Below, piece by piece: positions 1-7,480 of a DNA stretch of 64,000 nucleotides. The stretch spans positions 28,875 through 92,874 of the IMG/VR virus record IMGVR_UViG_3300044641_004856, one strand, 5' to 3'. Within the stretch, counting starts at the first letter, position 1. Each line of letters begins with the position of its first letter. The translations under genes and the position numbers were made by a program. The notes under the pieces are model-generated. The model was not told the origin of the DNA. It did not search any database and saw only the letters and a program-made list of their open reading frames with translations. This DNA is from a virus.

Positions 1-1
1 A

Positions 2-760
2 GAGAAAGTCCCTGAAGGGATTACTCGTCCACGTTATAAATACACATGGTCTTGGAATGCAGATGGTTCTGAAGGATTAACTTACAGTGGAGATAAGATT
101 CATTCACGTAAGGGATACAGGTGGACACACCCTGTGCATGAAGTTATGCGAAATTACGGGATGGAAGAGACTCAATCATGGACTGGATTACAGATTCATC
201 ATTTCCCAGACAACACTAAGTCTAGAAGTCAATACTTCCCTTTGTTAGAAATGGCTGTAGCAGAAAGTCCAAACGATGACAGAAATGCACACTACCTAGG
301 TAGAGAGTATTACTTCAATGGAATGTGCGACAAAGCAAAGGCAGAGTTACAACGACATCTTTCGTTGCCAAATGCTGTTTGGAAACCAGAACGTGCTGCA
401 TCAATGCGTTACATTGCTCGTTGTTCTGAAGGTGCTGAAAAAGAAGAGTGGCTAATGAAAGCACAAGAGGAATACCCTGAATCTAGAGAAGCCTTAGTTG
501 AACTATCTGAGTATTACTACAGCATCAGTGATTGGCATGCTTGCCTTCGAATGGCAAAGAGAGCCTTAGACATAAAACAACGACCACTTGAATACTTAAC
601 AGACCCTAAAGCATGGGGTTACACACCATACGATATGGCAGCAATTTCTTCTTATCACTTAGGTTTTAAAGAGGATGCCCTGACATTTGGACAAGAAGCA
701 CTTAACATAGAACCTAATGATGAACGTCTAAAACGTAATTTAGAGTTCTATTCTGCTTAG
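2..760 (+). CDS. Glycosyltransferase family 2 protein with C-terminal TPR repeats (5'-truncated)
   Basis: Frame is open from base 2: RPRYKYTWSWNADGSEG...KIHSRKGYRWTHPVHEV (GT2-TPR type motif), then TPR-like helices (HYLGREY, REALVELSEYYY, ALNIEPNDERL). Confidence 0.75.
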   Translation, partial: EKVPEGITRPRYKYTWSWNADGSEGLTYSGDKIHSRKGYRWTHPVHEVMRNYGMEETQSWTGLQIHHFPDNTKSRSQYFPLLEMAVAESPNDDRNAHYLGREYYFNGMCDKAKAELQRHLSLPNAVWKPERAASMRYIARCSEGAEKEEWLMKAQEEYPESREALVELSEYYYSISDWHACLRMAKRALDIKQRPLEYLTDPKAWGYTPYDMAAISSYHLGFKEDALTFGQEALNIEPNDERLKRNLEFYSA

Positions 761-768
761 GAGAGTTC

Positions 769-1395
769 ATGCGGGGAAGTAGATTACAGGGTCGCTTTGA
801 CCTTGAGTATGAACAAAAGCGGATGTATGAAAGCATCAAAGAAGATTTACAACACCCTGTTGGTGTTGAAGTTGATTGGTTCCGTTGGAACAACGATTGG
901 TATGAAGAAAACGTTGCCACTGTAAGAGACCCTCTTTACGACGTTTCAAACTCTGGTTATGTAGGAACAGGTAACGTTGGAGGTCGACGTTGGATTCCTC
1001 CCTTTAGTCTTCCTGCTATTACTGCTCAAATTATTCGTGGTAGCAATGACCTTAATGAGCGAGGCTTCTACGTAGTCGACACTTTGCGATTAGTTCTTAA
1101 CGTAGGAGATGTTGAAAAACTTTTGCCTGGTATGTTGCTAGACCCATCAGACCATTTAAAAGACAGAGTTGTTTATCGTGGGAATGTTTTTAGTCCTTCT
1201 AGAATTAACCCTAGAGGACATTTTGGCTATAACTGGGCTGTTGTAACTGTTGATTTGACTGAAGTTAACTCAGAAGAATTAGTAAATGACCCTCAATTCC
1301 AGTATTTGGCACTAAAAGGTCAGCGAGAAATGATACCTTACGAAGAGTTGTATTACGGATTTAATGGATATGGAGAAGGAAAATATGGTAACTAA
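769..1395 (+). CDS. Putative head completion / head-tail joining protein
   Basis: 208-aa ORF with AGGAG RBS, upstream of the tail genes; function inferred from position and a beta-rich pattern. Confidence 0.4.
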   Translation: MRGSRLQGRFDLEYEQKRMYESIKEDLQHPVGVEVDWFRWNNDWYEENVATVRDPLYDVSNSGYVGTGNVGGRRWIPPFSLPAITAQIIRGSNDLNERGFYVVDTLRLVLNVGDVEKLLPGMLLDPSDHLKDRVVYRGNVFSPSRINPRGHFGYNWAVVTVDLTEVNSEELVNDPQFQYLALKGQREMIPYEELYYGFNGYGEGKYGN

Positions 1396-1537
1396 CGAAG
1401 AGCGTGAAGTTTTAGAAGCACAAAAGATTGTTCTAGAAACCGACATTGCTGATTCTCAGTCTTGGCGAGGTGCTCGTGAGTTAGCAGCAATGGGCGATGC
1501 TCTTGCAAAACTAACAGCGAAACTAGATAGCGAGTAA
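1385..1537 (+). CDS. Small helical hypothetical protein (50 aa)
   Basis: Manual translation MVTNEEREVLEAQKIVLETDIADSQSW...; AAGGA upstream; fills the gap between neighbours; not in the ORF track. Confidence 0.6.
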   Translation: MVTNEEREVLEAQKIVLETDIADSQSWRGARELAAMGDALAKLTAKLDSE

Positions 1538-1540
1538 CCC

Positions 1541-2059
1541 TTGCCTCTCAATCTTCCCAAGCGTGGAGATAACAACTGGGACACGCCACTTAATGCTGCC
1601 TTAGTTGACTTAGACACTCGAGTAACTACGCACACTCACCCTGCATCTGCAACTGCTTATCCAAGCCCAATTGCTTACACACCTGTGTGGTCTGGAACTG
1701 GTTTAGTGCAGTCTTCTAACCTTGCTACAGGAACATACTTTGATTATGGTCAGATGGTTGTTGTGCAAATTACAGTTCCGATGACAAACGTTACTCATTT
1801 TGGTACTGGTGCTTACTCGGTAACTCTTCCAAAACAATCAGCACTTCATGCAAATGCTTGGGGTGGAACTATTCACGACACAAGTCTAAGTAAGTTCTAC
1901 AGTCTTAAGGGGCACTTAGAAGCAAACAGTAACGTTTGCAGTCTTTGGTTTATAAACCAAGCCACTCAAGACCAAACATTTGCTGCAACCACACCTTTTG
2001 TTCTTGCTACAGATGACCTGTTCCACATCAACTTTATTTACCAGGCTAAATCTGCGTAA
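1541..2059 (+). CDS. Probable virion structural protein (fibre/decoration-like)
   Basis: N-terminal LPKRGDNNWDTPLNAAL...THTH, then a beta-sandwich typical of fibre C-termini (YTPVWSG...FGTGAYSVTLP). Confidence 0.5.
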   Translation: MPLNLPKRGDNNWDTPLNAALVDLDTRVTTHTHPASATAYPSPIAYTPVWSGTGLVQSSNLATGTYFDYGQMVVVQITVPMTNVTHFGTGAYSVTLPKQSALHANAWGGTIHDTSLSKFYSLKGHLEANSNVCSLWFINQATQDQTFAATTPFVLATDDLFHINFIYQAKSA

Positions 2060-2325
2060 TGGCTGAAAAAAAGAAACCTGTTAAACCAGAGAAGCCAGTA
2101 ACTATTGCTATTGGAGTTCCTGGTCGTAAGGCTCATATCTCACATAAGGTCACCAAAAATAAAAAAGGCGATGTTGTAGTAGAGCACACAAACTCAAAGC
2201 AGGGTAAATACGATAAGATTAACCTTACTAAAAAAAGCCAAGGCTCAATAAAGTCTGTGGCTCAAGGAGTCAAGGGCGTAAAAGAATGGCATAAGAAAAA
2301 TCCGCACACGAGTAGGAGTACGTAA
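2059..2325 (+). CDS. Lys-rich small hypothetical protein
   Basis: 88 aa, strongly basic; TAATG coupling with the upstream gene. Confidence 0.65.
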   Translation: MAEKKKPVKPEKPVTIAIGVPGRKAHISHKVTKNKKGDVVVEHTNSKQGKYDKINLTKKSQGSIKSVAQGVKGVKEWHKKNPHTSRST

Positions 2326-2471
2326 TGGCGACTAAAGTTGCTGCAGACCCTTGTTGGAAGGGATATGTTCAAGTAGGTATGAAGACCAAAAACGGCAAAA
2401 AAGTGCCAAACTGTGTTCCTGAAGGTTCTGGAAAGAAAAAAGTAGCAGCCCCCAAGAAAGGCAAAAAATGA
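2325..2471 (+). CDS. Lys-rich microprotein with PCWKGY...VPNCVP motif (48 aa)
   Basis: Manual translation MATKVAADPCWKGYVQVGMKTKNGKKVPNCVPEGSGKKKVAAPKKGKK; AGGAG RBS; coupled to both neighbours. Confidence 0.75.
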   Translation: MATKVAADPCWKGYVQVGMKTKNGKKVPNCVPEGSGKKKVAAPKKGKK

Positions 2472-2749
2472 ATTTAGCATTTGAATTAGACTTAGTTGTG
2501 AGGGGATTAATTGAATTCCCTGAAAATGAGCACAACGCTGCAGCATTAGCGGAGGTACGACCAATTGCTGCAAAACTAACTATTTTAAAAGACCAGGTAA
2601 CAGAAGACGTTCTTTCTAAAGAACAAGTTATTACTTCTTTAGAAAACGTAAAGGGAGAGTTAGATGTCCTTGATTCTATTTTGCCTTTTGTTAAAATTGC
2701 TGCTGCAGACCTACTGCGGTTTGTTAACCTACTAAAAGAAAGCGAGTAA
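2468..2749 (+). CDS. Hypothetical helical protein
   Basis: 93-aa ORF, ATGA overlap with the upstream gene. Confidence 0.6.
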   Translation: MNLAFELDLVVRGLIEFPENEHNAAALAEVRPIAAKLTILKDQVTEDVLSKEQVITSLENVKGELDVLDSILPFVKIAAADLLRFVNLLKESE

Positions 2750-2753
2750 GAGC

Positions 2754-2885
2754 ATGTGTGCTGTATGCGGATGCGGTAAGAAAAAGGGTCAGGCTGGATT
2801 TGGTAAAGGTAAAGGCTCTGCTATGGATGACAAAAAGAAAGCCTCTATGCTAAAGGGCAAAGACAAAGACAAGAAGAAGAAGTAA
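2754..2885 (+). CDS. Lys-rich microprotein with N-terminal CxxCGC (43 aa)
   Basis: Manual translation MCAVCGCGKKKGQAGFGKGKGSAMDDKKKASMLKGKDKDKKKK. Confidence 0.65.
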   Translation: MCAVCGCGKKKGQAGFGKGKGSAMDDKKKASMLKGKDKDKKKK

Positions 2886-2890
2886 CCCCT

Positions 2891-3052
2891 ATGGCTAAAG
2901 AACTCTCACCTAAACAAAAGCAAATTGCTAAAGTTGCTGGAAACCCTAAAAAAATTGAGGGTAAAGACTTCCAAGCGTTAAAGGCTATGAAAAAAGGCTC
3001 TGGCGTAAAAGGTAAGACTCAAAAGCAATTGCCTCGTAAAAAGGGTATGTAA
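2891..3052 (+). CDS. Lys-rich microprotein (53 aa)
   Basis: Manual translation MAKELSPKQKQIAKVAGNPKKIEGKDFQALKAMKKG...; followed by a terminator. Confidence 0.7.
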   Translation: MAKELSPKQKQIAKVAGNPKKIEGKDFQALKAMKKGSGVKGKTQKQLPRKKGM

Positions 3053-3073
3053 TCCTTAAAAGAATTAAAGTTT

Positions 3074-3100
3074 AAGCCCCCGACTGGGGGCTTTTTCTTT
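3074..3100 (+). terminator. Rho-independent terminator
   Basis: AAGCCCCC-GACT-GGGGGCTT stem-loop followed by TTTCTTT. Confidence 0.85.
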
Positions 3101-3170
3101 ATCCTTGTCTTAGCAAGAACCATGCGGGTCTTGCTGTTTTACTTGCTGATTTAACTGCTGCTTTAAGGGG

Positions 3171-3365
3171 ATGTCTATGTCTACTCCATGGTACGAACAG
3201 GTTGCTGAGATGCAGTCTGCCAGTGAGCGTGATGAGTTTGTAAAAGGTATGTACGGTTTTAAACCGCATAATCAGCATAATTTTGTAATTGGTCTTTTGG
3301 CTGGGTATGTCGGAACTAAACTACTTTTTAACTCAAAGAAGTCACGCCGTGAGACAAATAACTAA
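3171..3365 (+). CDS. Small hypothetical protein
   Basis: 64 aa; GGGGA upstream; one hydrophobic stretch. Confidence 0.5.
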   Translation: MSMSTPWYEQVAEMQSASERDEFVKGMYGFKPHNQHNFVIGLLAGYVGTKLLFNSKKSRRETNN

Positions 3366-3669
3366 ACTCAAGCCAGCATTTATAAAAGCAGCCCGTCAAA
3401 CCGCTCAATTCATGACGCTTGAATTGCGTAATGAAACACGAGCCAGTGGTTGGAACCCTGATGTTGTTGACGCTATTAAAGTCTCCTATTCCAACAACCA
3501 CCTAAGTATTAACATCCCTGCAAAATATAAGCCGTTGGCAGATAACTGGGAGTTTGGTACTCCTAATCGCCAACCTACTGGGGCAATCCGACGTTTCTCA
3601 AATCGCCCAGAAGAGGCAGAGAAGTTTCTTTTAAAAAGCGTTAAGACTTCTTTAAGAGGTGTCCTATGA
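3349..3669 (+). CDS. Putative neck / tail-completion protein (HK97 gp10-like)
   Basis: WEFGT motif; lies just before the tail terminator; GTG at 3349 preferred (track gives 3289). Confidence 0.5.
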   Translation: MRQITKLKPAFIKAARQTAQFMTLELRNETRASGWNPDVVDAIKVSYSNNHLSINIPAKYKPLADNWEFGTPNRQPTGAIRRFSNRPEEAEKFLLKSVKTSLRGVL

Positions 3670-4310
3670 CACTAGGTCCTTTATTTTTAGAAGAAGACAA
3701 CATGCTCAAAGAAAAACTTAAAGGCATTCTTGTCCATGACCAACGAGCAGACAACGAAAAAATTGGTCGTCCTGTGCAGGTATGGTTTGGTCAACCTGAC
3801 GTTGAACTTAGAGACCAGACTTACCCATTTATTACTATTGACTTAATTGACATTCTTGAGGACCGTGCTCGCTCACATAGAGGCAAGGTTAACAAAACTA
3901 CCGCTCCATATTTAGAGCCTGCAAATTTTCCTGTTAACAAGGCTTGGGAAATTGATTACCCAATTCCAGTAAACCTTGATTACCAAGTAACGACGTATTC
4001 ACGTCAACCTCGACATGATAGAGAAATTCTTGCTGAACTTCTCTACTCAAGATTAAAGTTTCGCAATGCGACTTTAATCGGTAATGACGATACCGTCCGT
4101 CGTCTTGATGTTCTCGATGTCTCAAAACGAGATGTTGTAGAACAGGCTAAACGCCTGTTTGTAAATGCAATTACTGTGCGTGTTTCAAGTGAAATTCCAC
4201 AGGATATGTATGAAGAGTTCTACAAGGTGCAAAAAGTTAAAGTCACTGGTTCCGCTCCTGCTCCAAGGCAGAGGATTATCGGAGTCAACTACGAACAAAC
4301 ATCTCGCTAA
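3666..4310 (+). CDS. Tail terminator / sheath-capping protein
   Basis: YPFITIDLIDI...PVNLDYQVTTYSR pattern; immediately upstream of the sheath gene. Confidence 0.65.
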   Translation: MTLGPLFLEEDNMLKEKLKGILVHDQRADNEKIGRPVQVWFGQPDVELRDQTYPFITIDLIDILEDRARSHRGKVNKTTAPYLEPANFPVNKAWEIDYPIPVNLDYQVTTYSRQPRHDREILAELLYSRLKFRNATLIGNDDTVRRLDVLDVSKRDVVEQAKRLFVNAITVRVSSEIPQDMYEEFYKVQKVKVTGSAPAPRQRIIGVNYEQTSR

Positions 4311-4349
4311 TAATCGGACCCCCTACCAACAACCTAGATAGGAGAAATC

Positions 4350-5873
4350 ATGGCAGTTTATAAAAGACCAGGAATTTACATCAGTGAAGTCCTGCTCCCT
4401 GCTCCAATTACTAACTCCATAACAGCACAGGCTGCTGGTATGGTCGCTGCACCATTTGCCCAAGGACCAACAACATTAACCTTGGTTAACTCATGGTATG
4501 AATTTACAAAGCATTTTGGTGGTTACAATTCATTGTTCCCAGCCACATTTGCTGTCTCTCTCTTTTTCCAAAATGGTGGAAGAGAGTTGTATGTTAAAAG
4601 AATTATGGGCCAAACAGCACAGGCTGCAACTGGCGTAGTTCCTCGTGCTTCTGGTGCTGGAACTGTTTTAACACTAACTGCAAAAAATAAAGGAACTGAC
4701 GGTAATAACTACCGCGTTCAAATGTCAAACGGAACTGCTGTTGGAAACTCTCTAAATATTGCTATTTACAAAGAGGGAGTTCCTGGAACTTCTACTAGCA
4801 TTCAAGACGATATTTTAGTTGAACAGTACGACAACGTTTACACAGATGAACCACTTTCTAATAGTTACGCACCAACAGTGATTAACTCAGTTTCACAACT
4901 TTTTACTTGTACTGTTAGTGATAACACAAACCTTCCAAGTGTTAACGTTGTGCCATTTACTGGTGGAACTAATGGAAATGCAATAATTGATACCGACTAC
5001 TCTAGTTCAACAGATGGCGTAATTGCATCCATTGCAACTATTGACCGTCCTTTGGTAGTGTTTTTACCTGGTCTTTATGATTTGTTGACCGCAAACGCAG
5101 CAACACAAATTCAACTTGATGTTGCTGCTGCATGTGAGAGTTCACAAAAGAACTTCTACGTTGGAGAAACTCAAAAAGACCGTACAGTTACACAAGCGTT
5201 GACTACTGCCGATTCACTTGGTGGTGGTAGAAGTTTTGCTGCTGTTTACTATCCTCACGTATTTGTTTCTGACCCTCTTGGTGTAGCCACAGGTGCTACA
5301 CGTAAGGTAGGTCCTGCAGGTGCAGTTGCTGGTTTGTTCTTAAGAACTGATGCAACTGTTGGTCCATTCAAAGCCCCTGCTGGTTTAACAGCAAACCTTG
5401 TTGGAGTTGTTTCTACAGAAAAGACATTTACTACTACTGAGTTAGATACTTTAAACTCAAGTAAGTATCCAATTAACCCTATTCGTCAAATCCCAGGTGC
5501 GGGTATCTCAGTAATGGGTGCACGTACTCTGCTACAGGACGGAACAGCAAACAAGTATGTAAATATGCGTCGTTCTCTTATTTACATCCGCAAGAGTTTG
5601 CAAAACCTAACAGAGTTTGCGCTATTCGAAAATAACAATGAGCAGTTGTGGGGTCGTATTACTACAACCCTTAACACCTTCTTAAATGAATACCGCAATC
5701 AAGGAGGATTACGTGGAAATTCTCCATCAGAAGCGTACTTTATTAAGTGCGACGCTGAAAACAATACTGCTGCCTCTATCGCTAGTGGCGAAGTTCGCAT
5801 CGAAGTCGGTGTGGCTTTGCAGTACCCTGCGGAATTCGTGGTTATTAACCTTAGCCAGAAGACCTTAAACTAA
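4350..5873 (+). CDS. Contractile tail sheath protein
   Basis: YKRPGIYISE N-terminus, FFQNGG, KAPAG, INPIR, GARTL, YVNMRR, FENNNEQLW, YPAEFVVI. Confidence 0.95.
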   Translation: MAVYKRPGIYISEVLLPAPITNSITAQAAGMVAAPFAQGPTTLTLVNSWYEFTKHFGGYNSLFPATFAVSLFFQNGGRELYVKRIMGQTAQAATGVVPRASGAGTVLTLTAKNKGTDGNNYRVQMSNGTAVGNSLNIAIYKEGVPGTSTSIQDDILVEQYDNVYTDEPLSNSYAPTVINSVSQLFTCTVSDNTNLPSVNVVPFTGGTNGNAIIDTDYSSSTDGVIASIATIDRPLVVFLPGLYDLLTANAATQIQLDVAAACESSQKNFYVGETQKDRTVTQALTTADSLGGGRSFAAVYYPHVFVSDPLGVATGATRKVGPAGAVAGLFLRTDATVGPFKAPAGLTANLVGVVSTEKTFTTTELDTLNSSKYPINPIRQIPGAGISVMGARTLLQDGTANKYVNMRRSLIYIRKSLQNLTEFALFENNNEQLWGRITTTLNTFLNEYRNQGGLRGNSPSEAYFIKCDAENNTAASIASGEVRIEVGVALQYPAEFVVINLSQKTLN

Positions 5874-5893
5874 GAAAAGGAGCCTAACTAAAA

Positions 5894-6502
5894 ATGGCAT
5901 TCGTAGATAAAAACAGGTCAAGTCTTGCGACTGACCCAATTAGAAACTTTAGGTTTTTGGTCAGATTTCTTCCTCTGAACTCAAATGACACTAATCTTTC
6001 TGATTTAAGTACAGCAACTATGGGCTTTACTTCAGTTTCAGGAATGGCTGTAACCACAGACTCTATTCCTTATCGTGAAGGTGGCTACAATACTACTGTT
6101 CACCAAATTCCTGGACAAACTTCTTTCCAGCCAGTTACTCTTCAAAGAGGCGTACTTATTGGAAATAAGCAAGGCTGGAACTGGATGAAGAACATGTTCT
6201 ACACAGTTCAAAATGGTGGAAACAGAACTATCAATCAAAACTTCCGTTGCGATATTGAAATTTCTGTTCTTCCACACCCAATATCAAATCAAACAATTGC
6301 TGCAGGTGCACAAGAAGACACTGCAATGAGGTTTAAGTTTTACAACTGCTGGCCTACAGCAATTGCTTACTCAGACCTTAACGCTGGTGACAACTCTCTC
6401 CTTGTTGAACAAATGACAATGGTGCATGAAGGATTCGATACATCGTTTGCTTCATTTGATGCTGCTAAGAAGTTTGTTTCTGCACCAGCAGTTGACGCGT
6501 AA
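5894..6502 (+). CDS. Tail tube protein (T4 gp19-like)
   Basis: DPIRNFRFLV, GFTSVSG, YREGG, VTLQRG, NCWPT, LVEQMTMVHEG. Confidence 0.92.
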   Translation: MAFVDKNRSSLATDPIRNFRFLVRFLPLNSNDTNLSDLSTATMGFTSVSGMAVTTDSIPYREGGYNTTVHQIPGQTSFQPVTLQRGVLIGNKQGWNWMKNMFYTVQNGGNRTINQNFRCDIEISVLPHPISNQTIAAGAQEDTAMRFKFYNCWPTAIAYSDLNAGDNSLLVEQMTMVHEGFDTSFASFDAAKKFVSAPAVDA

Positions 6503-6525
6503 CTAACTAACTAAAGGAAAATAAA

Positions 6526-7332
6526 ATGACTACTCAAACCGTAAAAGCATCTGAAAATCCAGACCTTGTAAACCAAATGGTTGCCCAAGCACTGGCCGAA
6601 CCTGAAAAACAACAAGAATCAGTTGTAGTTACTCCTCCTTCTGATGTTCACGTTACTCTCCCTGGCGGATTTATAAATTCTGCTGGGGAGAGTGTGACAA
6701 CAGTTGAGGTTCGTGAATTAACTGGAAAAGACGAAGAAGCAATTGCAAGAGCACAGAATCTTGGCAAGGCTCTTCTACAAGTACTAAGCCGTGGAACTGT
6801 CAAAATTGGAAAAGAACCTGCTACTGAAGATGCACTAGATGCAATGTTGGCTGGCGACAGAGATGCTGTCATGCTAGGTATCTACAAAGCAACTTTTGGT
6901 AATACACCAGAACTACAAGGTTTTTGTGGCGGATGCAACGCATTTAAGCCAGTTACCATTAACCTAAATGAAGATATTAAAGTAAGAACTTTAGTAGATG
7001 AGCCTAGTTTTGTTGTAAACGCTAAATGTGGAGAAGTAGTGGTTACCCTACCAACAGGTTACTGTCAAAAAGAGTTAGTGAATAACTCAGATAAAACTAT
7101 GTCTGAGTTGACAACGATTCTTCTTGAGAACTGCATTCTTAAGATTAACGGTCGTCCCGTTATTAGTAAAGGACAGATTCAAAACTTAGGCATTAGTGAC
7201 AGACGCTTAATTGGCGAAGCAATTAATAAACACGCAATTGGCCCAGTTTTTGAAGATATTTCAGTTACTTGTCCTGACTGCGAAGGTGAGGTAAACACTC
7301 CTATTAACTTAGGAAGTTTGTTTCGCTTTTAA
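6526..7332 (+). CDS. Tail/baseplate assembly chaperone (T4 gp26-like) with two CxxC motifs
   Basis: VRELTGKDEE, GDRDAVMLGI, CGGC, CPDC; between tube and tape measure genes. Confidence 0.7.
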   Translation: MTTQTVKASENPDLVNQMVAQALAEPEKQQESVVVTPPSDVHVTLPGGFINSAGESVTTVEVRELTGKDEEAIARAQNLGKALLQVLSRGTVKIGKEPATEDALDAMLAGDRDAVMLGIYKATFGNTPELQGFCGGCNAFKPVTINLNEDIKVRTLVDEPSFVVNAKCGEVVVTLPTGYCQKELVNNSDKTMSELTTILLENCILKINGRPVISKGQIQNLGISDRRLIGEAINKHAIGPVFEDISVTCPDCEGEVNTPINLGSLFRF

Positions 7333-7354
7333 AATTTCTCAATATCCAGTTTTG

Positions 7355-7471
7355 ATGGCTGAATGGTTAGCCTTATCAGAGAGACATCAAGGATGGACCC
7401 TTACTGAAATAAAAGAACTTTCAGTAAGAGAACGAAAAAATTGGTTAGAACTTGCTAAAGAAGGTTACTAA
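7355..7471 (+). CDS. Second tail-chaperone ORF (T4 gp51-like); possibly reached by +1 frameshift from the upstream gene
   Basis: MAEWLALSERHQGWTLTEIKELSVRERKNWLELAKEGY; the same frame is open back through 7328, overlapping the upstream TTT-TAA. Confidence 0.7.
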   Translation: MAEWLALSERHQGWTLTEIKELSVRERKNWLELAKEGY

Positions 7472-7480
7472 GGAGTTGAC

